This document shows positions 1 through 9,045 of a stretch of 64,000 nt of DNA, piece by piece. The stretch is from an uncultured Anaerolineales bacterium (GTDB taxonomy: Bacteria > Chloroflexota > Anaerolineae > Anaerolineales > RBG-16-64-43), in NCBI GenBank assembly GCA_964521085.1, contig CAZFPL010000002.1, positions 2,044 to 66,043 on the forward strand, written 5' to 3'. Within the stretch, counting starts at the first letter, position 1, and every line of letters starts with the position of its first letter. The notes beneath the pieces are model-generated. The model did not search any database, was not told the origin of the DNA, and saw only the letters and a list, made by a program, of their open reading frames with translations. Made by a program: the position numbers and the translations under genes.

Positions 1-583
<583 letters not shown>

Positions 584-686
584 AAGAAACGTTCAGCACA
601 CAGAGTGTGCCGTGTTTTTTGTTGACAGAGATCCGGCTTCTTCCTACCACTCTTCAGTTGTTAAGGTTCAGTCTTGCGGGCGGGGC

Positions 687-716
687 ATGTTACCACCCCA
701 CCGCGAGCCGTGTCAA
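687..716 (-). promoter_or_regulatory. Possible second (proximal) rRNA promoter, TTGACA-N18-TAACAT
   Basis: TTGACA is the RC of 711-716 and TAACAT is the RC of 687-692, with an 18-nt spacer. The -10 is weaker. Tandem P1/P2 promoters are common in rRNA operons. Confidence 0.3.
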
Positions 717-863
717 GCCCCAAGACACAAACAGCCGATGCAAATCGATCACATCGGCAGGCGTTCAGACCAATCAGACCACTGGCCTCGGTTTCTGTTC
801 GCCTTAAGGGCTGGTTTGTAATCGTCTTTCCGCTTACGCGGATTTCAACGGTCGAACCAATGC

Positions 864-892
864 ATTTTACAGAACAAGCGTGCGGTTGTCAA
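864..892 (-). promoter_or_regulatory. Candidate rRNA promoter, TTGACA-N17-TAAAAT
   Basis: On the minus strand, TTGACA is the RC of 887-892 and TAAAAT is the RC of 864-869, with an exact 17-nt spacer. It lies about 280 nt upstream of the 16S 5' end, leaving room for a leader. Confidence 0.55.
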
Positions 893-1006
893 GAGGGGTT
901 TTTTACACCTCTTTCCCGGGTGCCCGCCTCCGGGATCAGGTAAAAAGCCGGCTGGTTTCCCCCTGGAGGCAGGCTTTTGACCCCTCCTCCCGTTTGCCGG
1001 CCGGAG

Positions 1007-1039
1007 GAAAAAAAAGATCCCCGATTTTTCATCGGGGAT
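1007..1039 (-). terminator. Rho-independent terminator downstream of CDS 1049-2038
   Basis: Perfect 10-bp stem GATCCCCGAT (1015-1024) / ATCGGGGATC (1030-1039) with a 5-nt loop. The A8 run at 1007-1014 becomes a U8 tail on the minus-strand transcript. Confidence 0.8.
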
Positions 1040-1048
1040 CGAATAGAA

Positions 1049-2038
1049 TCATGCGGTTGGTGTTTCTTCCGGCGCCGGGCCATAGCCCTCGGGATAAACG
1101 GGGCCGCCTTCACCGCAATTCTGCTCAGCGTAATCCCGCCCCTTGATCGCCGGTTCATAATCCGGCTTCTGCTCAAGCGCCATATTGTAAAATCCCCAAG
1201 CGCGGCAGGCGTTGGTATTCACCCAAGCGTCGCCGTTTTGTACAAGTATATCCGCGTAATCTCGTATCAAATTATCATTGTAGGACGGTCGGATGGACAC
1301 GGCTTGCGCGAATAATGGCCAGCTCTTCTCGATGTCCTTATTGCGGTAGTAATACGCGGATTGATAAACCGCCAGGAAGAGCTTGGCAGATTCCATCTGA
1401 TCCACCGCCTCTTTGTCGAGGGGCGCGTAGTTGGCCGCCAGATCAAGGTAGTACATTCCTTCCGTCAGATGGTTTGTTTCCTTGATCAAATGCACGCCTT
1501 GATAGCGTAAGCCCACCCAGAGCAAACCATCCACCCGTTCCGGCTGATACCCCGGAACCTCGACTTTCAAGGTCAACAGGGTTCCGATCATCTCGGCGTA
1601 TTTCCGGTCGACAAATTCCTGCTTGGCCTGGGCCAGCAACTGCTCCGCCCGCGGCGCATCCGGCGTTGGGGAAGGAACCTGTGTGGCCGTTGGAAGCGGC
1701 GTCGGAGTCGCATTCATCGCCCTCAGCGCTTGCTCCCGCATCTGCTCGGCGCCCGGGAAATTCGGATCGTTTTTAAGGATCGATTCCAGACGTTCTACAG
1801 CCCGCTTGTAATTGCCGTCCTGGATATCGGCGGCCGCAAGCTGTAATTGCTCCAAATTGAAAGCGCCGATGGATGCCTGCTGCCTCTCGGTATGCAGCCT
1901 CTCACCGGCGACGGCACCGGCGATCGAACCGGCGGCCACGACCAGAATCAACACGCCCAGGAATATCCAGACCGGGCTGACACGGCGCTTCCGCGCCGGA
2001 GAAGGCGTACCAACAGGGGTAGGTTCTGAATTTGACAT
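1049..2038 (-). CDS. Membrane-anchored TPR-like/helical-repeat protein with Pro/Thr-rich linker
   Basis: ORF track gives 1049..2131. That start would collide with the divergent gene at 2130, so ATG 2038 (MSNSEPTPV...) is more plausible. There is one N-terminal TM helix (VWIFLGVLILVVAAGSIAGAVAG), then helical repeats and a PTPLPTATQVPSPTP linker. Confidence 0.6.
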   Translation of the reverse strand: MSNSEPTPVGTPSPARKRRVSPVWIFLGVLILVVAAGSIAGAVAGERLHTERQQASIGAFNLEQLQLAAADIQDGNYKRAVERLESILKNDPNFPGAEQMREQALRAMNATPTPLPTATQVPSPTPDAPRAEQLLAQAKQEFVDRKYAEMIGTLLTLKVEVPGYQPERVDGLLWVGLRYQGVHLIKETNHLTEGMYYLDLAANYAPLDKEAVDQMESAKLFLAVYQSAYYYRNKDIEKSWPLFAQAVSIRPSYNDNLIRDYADILVQNGDAWVNTNACRAWGFYNMALEQKPDYEPAIKGRDYAEQNCGEGGPVYPEGYGPAPEETPTA

Positions 2039-2129
2039 GCGGCCGATTATACTGCATCCTTTGCCGGCCCTGGCAAGAGCGTCTTGACGGGATGTTCCTG
2101 CGGAATTACCATCGTTAAGGTGATTTGCC

Positions 2130-3353
2130 ATGTATCTTCAGACCAGCAAGTACAAAATGCAACGCAAGAAACCGCGCCGGTTTAATCTGGCATTAATTTT
2201 TGTTCTCTGCCTGTTGATCATCGCCGCCACAATCGTGCAGGGATATGTCGTTCCCCGCATTCCGCCGCTGTTCCTGCCCACGCCCACCGCCACCCGCCCG
2301 GCTGCTTCGTATGCGGATGAAGCGGTGGTTCTGTTTATGGAAGGCAAGCTCGACAGCGCGATGGAAATGTACAAGCAGGCGATCCTGCTGGCTCCCACCA
2401 ACACAGATCTATATGTCGCCCTCTCCCGGGTGCAGGTGTTTGCGCATGAATATGAAGGCGCCATCGAGAATGCGCAATACGCCGTGCTGCTGTCAAAGAG
2501 TGCAATCAGTTATGCGGTGTGGGGCGAGGCTATCCATCGGATGGAAGGAACCAAAGACCTCCCCGCGTATGAAAGCGCCACCAAGCAGCTGCGCAAGAGT
2601 CTCGACCTCGATCCCACCCTGGCGTTGGCGCATGCTTATTTGGCGGAAGTGTTGATGGATACGGATTGGCAATATTGGGAGGATGCCTCGGCGGAAGCCC
2701 GCACCGCCATTTCCCTCGCCCCCAATCTGATGGAAAGCCACCGTGCGATGGCGTTCATTTATTATATGACCGGCAATTTCAGCGAGGCGCTCGATGAATA
2801 CCTGAAGGCCGTTGAGTTGCACAATAAACTGGCGGATCTCTGGATTCCGCTCGGTGATTGCTATAAAAATCTGAACGATCCGCCCTCGGCCATCGAGGCT
2901 TACCTGAAGGCAACGACGCTGAATTCATCGGATCCCGTCCCGTATGCGCGCATTTCGCGCGTCTACGCCGGGGAGGGCGAGTTTGGAAAAGCGGCGCAAT
3001 ATGCCGAGCTGGCGGTCACCAATGCTCCGCTGGACCCGCGAAACCACGGATTATTGGGCGTGATGTATTATCAGAACAATCAATTTCAGGAATCCATTCC
3101 CGAATTAACCCTGGCCATCGCCGGCGGCACAGTCGAAGCTGGAACCGTGGTTGGGCTGCCGCTCGGCCCTTGGCCGGTTTCGGAATACTACTGGACATAC
3201 GGTTTGGCGCTGGCGAGAGTCGGGCGCTGTTCCGAAGCCATCCCCGTCTTCCGGCTGCTGCAACAGCAATTGCCGGACGACGACATGGCGATGGAGAGCG
3301 TCTCCGAGGGATTACTGATCTGCAAAGAGATCACCCCCACTCCCTCCCCATAA
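2130..3353 (+). CDS. Membrane-anchored tetratricopeptide-repeat (TPR) protein
   Basis: 407-aa ORF with an AAGGTGA Shine-Dalgarno sequence at 2117-2123. It has an N-terminal TM helix (LALIFVLCLLIIAATIV) and multiple 34-aa A/Y/L-patterned TPR-like repeats. It is a paralogue of the next gene. Confidence 0.75.
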   Translation: MYLQTSKYKMQRKKPRRFNLALIFVLCLLIIAATIVQGYVVPRIPPLFLPTPTATRPAASYADEAVVLFMEGKLDSAMEMYKQAILLAPTNTDLYVALSRVQVFAHEYEGAIENAQYAVLLSKSAISYAVWGEAIHRMEGTKDLPAYESATKQLRKSLDLDPTLALAHAYLAEVLMDTDWQYWEDASAEARTAISLAPNLMESHRAMAFIYYMTGNFSEALDEYLKAVELHNKLADLWIPLGDCYKNLNDPPSAIEAYLKATTLNSSDPVPYARISRVYAGEGEFGKAAQYAELAVTNAPLDPRNHGLLGVMYYQNNQFQESIPELTLAIAGGTVEAGTVVGLPLGPWPVSEYYWTYGLALARVGRCSEAIPVFRLLQQQLPDDDMAMESVSEGLLICKEITPTPSP

Positions 3354-3365
3354 GGAACAGCCGGC

Positions 3366-4685
3366 ATGCAGCTGCAAAGGAAACGTTTCGATCCAGCAAG
3401 CGAACCTCCCCGCCTGACACTGGGAAAAACCGCCGCGTATGCCGCGGCCATCCTCCTCTGCCTGGGCGTCTTGAAATTGTTTGACCTCGGGTACATCCGT
3501 TCCCCGTTCGCCCCGCCTCCCACCCCGACCCGCATGGCGATGTCTTTTGTCGAGGAGGGGAAAGCGTTCTTCGACGCCGGAATATTGGAAAAAGCGATTA
3601 CTGCGTATCAAAAAGCCGTCGCGGTGGATCCTAGGAATCCGCAGCTGTGGGCGGAATTGGCGCGGATTCAAACCTACTCCAGCGAACTCATGCTGTCTGC
3701 TGAAAAGAAACAGGAGCGTTTGCAGCAAGCCAAGGATTCGATCGACAAAGCGATCGAACTGAATAACGATTTCGCCCTGGGGCACGCAATCCGGACTCTG
3801 GTTTTGGATTGGTACGCCAACCCGAATTGGATGGATGCGGAAACCCGCGAGAAAACGCTCATCGATGCGTATCAGGCATCCGCCCATGCGCTGCTCCTCG
3901 ATCCAAGCAACGCGCTTGCCCTCGCCTTCCGCGCGGAAGTCCTCGTCGACCAGGGCAATTGGTCTGCTGCACTCGACGCGGGGGCGCAGGCGGCCCAGCT
4001 CGGCGCGGAGTTCATGGACGTCCATCGCGCGTACGCATACGTCCTCGAAAGCAACGGCTATTACAACCGCGCCATCGAGGAGTACCTCGAGGCGATCCGG
4101 CTCAATACCAATCTGCCTTTCCTCTACATCCGTTTGGGTGCGAACTACCGCAAGCTGGGGGAACTGGCGACGGATCCGGTGGTCGCCCAGCAGATGATCG
4201 ACGAAGCGCTGAAGGCGTTTTCCCGCGCGGCGGATTTGAATCCCAGCGATCCGCTTCCTTACCTCTCCATCGCACAGACCTACGCCAACCAGGGAGATTT
4301 CTTCGCCGCCGAACGCAACGCGAGGAAAGCCCTCTCACTGGACAACACCAATCCATTCCTCTACGGCCGGCTGGGCGTGATCTACTATATGGCGAAGAAT
4401 TATGAGACCGCCATCAAGGTGCTCCGCTGTGCGGTCCGGGGATGCCTGGCGGCGGATAACGAGGCACAAGAAGTGGACGTCATTGAGACGCTTCCCCTCG
4501 CGGCGAACAGCGTCGATGTGTATTACATCTACGGCTCGGTTTTATCGTTCTACGGAGAAACTCCGGGCTACTGCGAAGAGGCGGCCGCAATCTTCGCGGA
4601 GTTGCGCGCTTCCCCGTACCATGATGAAACGATCGAAGCCATCATCCGCGAAGGCGAAGTGATTTGCGCCTCATTCTCCCGGTAG
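3366..4685 (+). CDS. Membrane-anchored TPR protein (tandem paralogue of 2130-3353)
   Basis: 439-aa ORF with an N-terminal TM helix. A PPPTPTR segment followed by FVEEGKAFFDAG...AITAYQKAVAVDPRNPQLW parallels PTPTATR...LFMEGKLDSAMEMYKQAILLAPTNTDLY in the preceding gene. Confidence 0.75.
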   Translation: MQLQRKRFDPASEPPRLTLGKTAAYAAAILLCLGVLKLFDLGYIRSPFAPPPTPTRMAMSFVEEGKAFFDAGILEKAITAYQKAVAVDPRNPQLWAELARIQTYSSELMLSAEKKQERLQQAKDSIDKAIELNNDFALGHAIRTLVLDWYANPNWMDAETREKTLIDAYQASAHALLLDPSNALALAFRAEVLVDQGNWSAALDAGAQAAQLGAEFMDVHRAYAYVLESNGYYNRAIEEYLEAIRLNTNLPFLYIRLGANYRKLGELATDPVVAQQMIDEALKAFSRAADLNPSDPLPYLSIAQTYANQGDFFAAERNARKALSLDNTNPFLYGRLGVIYYMAKNYETAIKVLRCAVRGCLAADNEAQEVDVIETLPLAANSVDVYYIYGSVLSFYGETPGYCEEAAAIFAELRASPYHDETIEAIIREGEVICASFSR

Positions 4686-4766
4686 ACACCGGCGCCAAAT
4701 GCCTCCTGCGCGGAAAATATCTCGGACTGAAATTATCCCGCATCCGACTTAAAAATTTTTAAATGC

Positions 4767-4795
4767 AAAACCCACCCCGGTCGGGGCGGGTTTTT
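4767..4795. terminator. Bidirectional rho-independent terminator between convergent genes
   Basis: AAAACCCACCCCGGTCGGGGCGGGTTTTT is a GC-rich hairpin flanked by an A-run and a T-run. It lies between the stop of the + gene (4685) and the stop of rnj (4833). Confidence 0.8.
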
Positions 4796-4832
4796 AGTTG
4801 ACCGTTCTTCAATACCATCTAGCGAAATCGGC

Positions 4833-6494
4833 TTATTTCTCCGCCGCTCTGCCGCCGTTTCCATTGATTAATACGAAGATCATCGGACGCCGTTTGGTCT
4901 CTTGATAAAAGAGTTCCGATAACGCGGATTCGATCCGTTCCGCCAGGCGGTTGCCGTTTCCGCGGGCGGCCGTCTCGCGGATTTTTTCCTCGGCCATCGC
5001 CAAGAGCTCCCCGGATTCCGGGACGAAGACAAAACCGCGGGAAAGGATCTCCGGCCGCGAAACCATCCGGTGTGAGACGGGGTCGATCTCCGCCCGCACG
5101 ATGACAAATCCGTCGCGCGCCAGCCGTTCGCGCTCGCGCATGACCGTCGGACCGATGTCGCCCACGCCGCTTCCGTCCACGAAGATGTATTCGCCCGGGA
5201 CGCGCTCGCCCACCTGCAAGCGTCCGTCATCGAACTCGATCGAGTAGCCGTTCTCCACGACCGCAACCTTCTCGGCGGGGATTCCCAATTCGCGCGCGAT
5301 GGCGCCGTGTTGATGCAGCTGGCGCAGCTCCCCGTGAATCGGTATGAAATGCTCCGGCTGCACCAAATGGATCAGCAGCTTCATCTCCTCGGCGTTGGCG
5401 TGCCCCGAAACATGGACCGGCGCGATCGGAGCGTAAATCACCCGCGCCCCCCGCTGGAACAGCCGGTTGATCGTCCGGTGCACCAATTCTTCGTTGCCCG
5501 GAATCGGATGCGAGGAGAACACCACCGTATCCCCCTCCTCCAATTCGAACTGGCGGTTCCTTCCGGTGGCCAACCGTCCCAGGATCGAAGAGGGCTCGCC
5601 TTGCGTGCCGGCCGTCATGAGCACCACTTTCTTCGAGGGCATCTTCAGCGCTTCCTCGACCGAAACCATCAGTCCGTTGGGAACTTCGAGGTAGCCCAGC
5701 TTCTGGGCCATCTTCGCGTTTTCCTGCATCGAGGTGCCCACCAGAGCCACTTTCCGGCCGTGGCGTTCCGCGGCACGGATCGCCTGCTGGATACGCGAGA
5801 TCAGCGAGGCGAACGATCCGATCAGGATCCGCCCCGGCGCGGCGCGGAACAGGTCGTCGAAGGCCGAATCGATCACCGCTTCCGAGGGAGTCCATCCCGG
5901 CTGGTCGGCGTTGGTCGAATCCGAAAGCAGGGCCAGCACGCCGCGCTTGCTGAATTCGGCCAGCGCGGCGTAGTCGGTCGGCCAGCCATCCACCGGCGTG
6001 TGGTCGAATTTGAAATCGCCCGAATGCACGATCAATCCGGCCGGGGTGGTGATGCCGAGGCCCACCCCGTCCGGGATCGAATGGCAGACATGGAAGAACT
6101 CCACGCCGAACGGGCCGATCTGGACCTTCGACCCGGCCTTCACAGTGTTCAGGGTTGTGCGGTCCAGCAGCCCGGCGCGGGAGAGTTTGACTTCCAGCAG
6201 GCCGCTGGTCAGCGGCGTAGCGAAAATCGGCGCCTGGAATGCCGTAACGACGTGGTCGATCGCGCCGGTGTGGTCCTCATGCCCGTGGGTCACTACGATC
6301 CCGCGCACGCGCCCTTTGCGGTCCAGCACGGCGTTGAAATCCGGAATGATGTAATCGATCCCGAGCATGTCGTTCTCGGGGAACATCAATCCGGCATCCA
6401 CGATCAGGGCATCGGTGGGAGTTTCGATCAGCATCATGTTCTTGCCGACTTCCCCCAATCCGCCCAGTGGGATAATTCTAAGATCCATACTCAT
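4833..6494 (-). CDS. rnj: Ribonuclease J (metallo-beta-lactamase / beta-CASP RNase)
   Basis: 553 aa. N-terminal IIPLGGLGEVGKNM, MBL motif VVTHGHEDHTGA, later HVSGHA and a C-terminal domain. This is the typical RNase J architecture and length. Confidence 0.9.
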   Translation of the reverse strand: MSMDLRIIPLGGLGEVGKNMMLIETPTDALIVDAGLMFPENDMLGIDYIIPDFNAVLDRKGRVRGIVVTHGHEDHTGAIDHVVTAFQAPIFATPLTSGLLEVKLSRAGLLDRTTLNTVKAGSKVQIGPFGVEFFHVCHSIPDGVGLGITTPAGLIVHSGDFKFDHTPVDGWPTDYAALAEFSKRGVLALLSDSTNADQPGWTPSEAVIDSAFDDLFRAAPGRILIGSFASLISRIQQAIRAAERHGRKVALVGTSMQENAKMAQKLGYLEVPNGLMVSVEEALKMPSKKVVLMTAGTQGEPSSILGRLATGRNRQFELEEGDTVVFSSHPIPGNEELVHRTINRLFQRGARVIYAPIAPVHVSGHANAEEMKLLIHLVQPEHFIPIHGELRQLHQHGAIARELGIPAEKVAVVENGYSIEFDDGRLQVGERVPGEYIFVDGSGVGDIGPTVMRERERLARDGFVIVRAEIDPVSHRMVSRPEILSRGFVFVPESGELLAMAEEKIRETAARGNGNRLAERIESALSELFYQETKRRPMIFVLINGNGGRAAEK

Positions 6495-6591
6495 AACACT
6501 CCTTTAGAAAAACGAATTTCTCTCTTCATCGGTAGATGCTGCCCGCCGCGGCGGCCGCGTCTGCGGCTTTCCGCTATGGGTAATTATCGCC

Positions 6592-6626
6592 GAAAAACAA
6601 AATCCCCGCCGAGATGGCAGGGGATT
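6592..6626 (-). terminator. Rho-independent terminator of cspA
   Basis: Hairpin AATCCCCGCC (6601-6610) / GGCAGGGGATT (6616-6626). The + strand A-rich run at 6592-6600 gives a UUUUGUUUUU tail on the minus transcript. It lies about 45 nt after the cspA stop. Confidence 0.7.
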
Positions 6627-6668
6627 CGTCGATGTATCCTTTCGCAAAAACCACCGTTGGACAACCGA

Positions 6669-6881
6669 TTAATTCAGCCTGACCACACCCGTGGCTTGCA
6701 GACCGCGAACGGTCTCTTCCACGGCGAATTCGACTTTTTCCCCCTCGTTCAGGTTTTGCAATTCCGAACCGACGATGGACGAATAGTGCACGAACACTTC
6801 ATGTCCCTTTTCAGTTCGGATATAACCGTATCCCCTGGATCCGTCGAACCAACGAACGGTGCCAGTAGTTCGTTGAGCCAT
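6669..6881 (-). CDS. cspA: Cold-shock protein (CspA family, S1-like CSD)
   Basis: 70 aa. GTVRWFDGSRGYGYI (RNP1) and VFVHYSSI (RNP2) are present. A GGAAGGA Shine-Dalgarno sequence lies upstream. Confidence 0.93.
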   Translation of the reverse strand: MAQRTTGTVRWFDGSRGYGYIRTEKGHEVFVHYSSIVGSELQNLNEGEKVEFAVEETVRGLQATGVVRLN

Positions 6882-6914
6882 TCGAATATATCCTTCCGGG
6901 AGAGAGTTTTGAGG

Positions 6915-6943
6915 ATTTTAGCACGCACTTGCCTATGTGTCAA
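6915..6943 (-). promoter_or_regulatory. cspA promoter, TTGACA-N17-TAAAAT with A/T-rich upstream element
   Basis: TTGACA is the RC of 6938-6943 and TAAAAT is the RC of 6915-6920, with a 17-nt spacer. AAAAATATATAATAA lies immediately upstream on the minus strand. Confidence 0.7.
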
Positions 6944-7040
6944 TTATTATATATTTTTCGGTAAAAACTCTCTTAACTTCACCCGCGCCGCCCTCCGGTG
7001 ACGGTCCTTCCCGCCGGGATCCCCCGAATTCCGGTCCCGT

Positions 7041-7757
7041 TTACGGATCGGATAACTCCCAGTAATCGGTCAAGGCCCGAAGGGAAGGAAATATTAAATC
7101 CGCCGCCGCTGCGGCCGTCGGCGAAGGATCGCCTATCCGGGCGGTCCGCATCCCCAGGGCTTTCGCAGGCTGGATGTCACACTCTACATCATCGCCGATC
7201 ATCCACGCCTGCGGCGGCGGAATCTCGAGCGCCTTCAGTGCGGCTTGGTGCGCAAGCGGATCCGGTTTGCCGATCCCGGTTTCGCTTTCGATCAGGATCG
7301 CATGAAAGAACCGCCCCAGATGGAAGCGTTCGATCTTCGCACGCTGCATGGAGGATTCCCCGTTGGTGAGTAACACCATCCGCGAACCGCTCCGCAGGAT
7401 CGCTTCGAGCGCCTCCACGGCGCCGTCGAACGGCCGCACGACGACCTCGCGTTCACGGGTGAAGGCATCCGCCATCGCGTCGGCCGTTTCGAGATCGGTT
7501 CGGCCGAGTTTGCCGAAGGCGTTGCGGACCAAAAGCCGCCGCGCCCGTTTCAAATCCAGTCTGCCTTCGCGAAATCGTTCCGCATCGGACCAGTACCAGC
7601 GCCGGCTTTCGTCTATCGCCTGTTGAAGCCGGTCGGCCGGTAGATCCATCCTTTGGGCGAACTCGTGATACAGGCGAATCCACACCGCTTCGGCGGGAGC
7701 CGAGTAATCCAGAATGGTGTCGTCCAGATCGAGAACAAGGTGTTGGGGGATGGGCAT
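7041..7757 (-). CDS. HAD-superfamily hydrolase (subfamily IA-like phosphatase)
   Basis: 238 aa. Motif I LVLDLDDTILDY (DxDxT), LLTNG (motif II region) and GDDVECDI (motif IV-like). Confidence 0.75.
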   Translation of the reverse strand: MPIPQHLVLDLDDTILDYSAPAEAVWIRLYHEFAQRMDLPADRLQQAIDESRRWYWSDAERFREGRLDLKRARRLLVRNAFGKLGRTDLETADAMADAFTREREVVVRPFDGAVEALEAILRSGSRMVLLTNGESSMQRAKIERFHLGRFFHAILIESETGIGKPDPLAHQAALKALEIPPPQAWMIGDDVECDIQPAKALGMRTARIGDPSPTAAAAADLIFPSLRALTDYWELSDP

Positions 7758-7814
7758 GCGCCCCCTCCCTACCCCTCCCCCGTCGGAAAACCATCCCGCG
7801 GGGGAGGAATGAGA

Positions 7815-8879
7815 TCAGCGTTCGTCGCCGGTCTGCGGATCGATCCCGATATCCAACCGGCCCGAAGCCACCTCGGCGAGAATTTTCTGAAGGCGATCCC
7901 GGCGCGCGGAGGAAATCCAATCATTCGGGAACGGCGGATATTCCAGGCCGCCGTTTTCCAGGCTGTAGGAGATCGGCTCCGCAAATGTCTCGCCGTCCAT
8001 GAACCGCGGCAGCAAATCCGCCATCAGGATGTCCGGCCGGAAGGCAATCTCTCCCAGCACGTTTTTTGCCCCGGCGGCGGCGCCGTTCTTAAAAATGGAA
8101 AGGTAGAAATCCGACTCGGCGCCCGCGACGCGGACGCCGTTTTTCGCCAGATCGGCGAGGCCCGCTTCTCCCGCCGCGCCGGGGATCGCGGATGCGGTAT
8201 CGATGTAGTTTTCGAGCAATTGCGAAGCCGCAGAGCTCCCCGCCGCTGCATCTGCGGAAGCGGCGAGCTCGAAATCAAACACCCGGCAGCGCGGGCAGTT
8301 GTACCGGATGCCATGCCGGAATCCGTTCTGGTAGATCTTCCCGCGCGTCGTGTCCGCTTCGCCGATCCAGCCGACGTAATCATTTCTGTTTTCGATGCTG
8401 GCGAGCAGCCCCGCCATGAAGGCCGCCTGATCGCGGCGGAAGTTATCCCCGCCCACCACCAGCAAGTTGGGAAGCGGCTGGAGGCCGGTTTCCTCGATGG
8501 CGATGAATCGGATTTCCGGGTGCGCCTGCGCCGCGGAATAAACCGCCTGCCCTAATCCGGACCCGATGGCCGCGACCAATCCGGGATTCCCCAGGCGATC
8601 CGCCCCGAGGGCTTCCTCCCCGGGCGTGACGCGTTTTAATTCCCAGCCCCGCTGCGATGCGAATTCTTCCACCGCCCGGACCGCCAGTTGCTCGGCCGAG
8701 GTGGACTGCGATTCGGGCGCCATAAGCAGCGCAAACGGCTCCGATGTGGGCGTTGAGATCGGGACGGGTTCCGCCGTGGGTGACGCGGTGGAAACCGTGG
8801 GTGTCACTTCCTTCGCGCAGGCCGAAAGCGATGTGGCGAAGATCACGGCGAAGAGAATGGTTACCCTTTTTATCGGCAT
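7815..8879 (-). CDS. BMP-family (PnrA-like) ABC-transporter substrate-binding lipoprotein
   Basis: ORF track gives 7815..8930. ATG 8879 gives the signal peptide MPIKRVTILFAVIFATSLSAC with an LSAC lipobox. A Thr/Pro-rich linker and a periplasmic-binding-fold body follow. Confidence 0.6.
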   Translation of the reverse strand: MPIKRVTILFAVIFATSLSACAKEVTPTVSTASPTAEPVPISTPTSEPFALLMAPESQSTSAEQLAVRAVEEFASQRGWELKRVTPGEEALGADRLGNPGLVAAIGSGLGQAVYSAAQAHPEIRFIAIEETGLQPLPNLLVVGGDNFRRDQAAFMAGLLASIENRNDYVGWIGEADTTRGKIYQNGFRHGIRYNCPRCRVFDFELAASADAAAGSSAASQLLENYIDTASAIPGAAGEAGLADLAKNGVRVAGAESDFYLSIFKNGAAAGAKNVLGEIAFRPDILMADLLPRFMDGETFAEPISYSLENGGLEYPPFPNDWISSARRDRLQKILAEVASGRLDIGIDPQTGDER

Positions 8880-9045
8880 ATATAGGATTTTTCGATTCTC
8901 ATTGTAAAAAGGAAAATTGACCTTGGCCATAGACCATCGGCCATGGCCGATTATTTCTCATGTTGGGTTTCTCGCCTATTGACCAAAAACCATTGGAGAA
9001 CAACCATCGGCGATGGTCTATCGTCCATGGTCCATGGTCGGTTCT

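Noticed and set aside
2084-2112. A TTGACG-N17-TACCAT promoter candidate for the TPR gene at 2130.
   Set aside because: The implied transcription start would fall inside the Shine-Dalgarno sequence, leaving a leader of about 10 nt. It is plausible but too weak to list as a feature.
5307-7001. 564-aa + strand ORF. The same class includes 13151-14719, 25081-27312, 37898-39433, 42230-43459, 46603-47871, 47888-49276, 50146-51693 and 59017-60762.
   Set aside because: All lie antisense to minus-strand genes with strong family motifs (RNase J, FtsK, the sugar transferase, GT-C, GT2, GT61 and so on). They are Arg/Pro/Gly/His-rich with no motifs. This is the typical stop-codon-poor mirror frame of ~65% G+C DNA.
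7775-7808. A CCTCCCCCG...CGGGGGAGG hairpin after the BMP lipoprotein gene as a terminator.
   Set aside because: It has a 16-nt loop and no U-run on the minus-strand transcript. It cannot be distinguished from chance GC-rich complementarity.
8925-9040. A CCATGG-rich segment with a short inverted repeat (ATAGACCATCGG / GCGATGGTCTAT, about 70 bp apart) between the BMP lipoprotein gene and guaA.
   Set aside because: The arms are only about 12 bp, there are no further copies in the window, and no associated gene is present. This is too weak to call a mobile element or operator.
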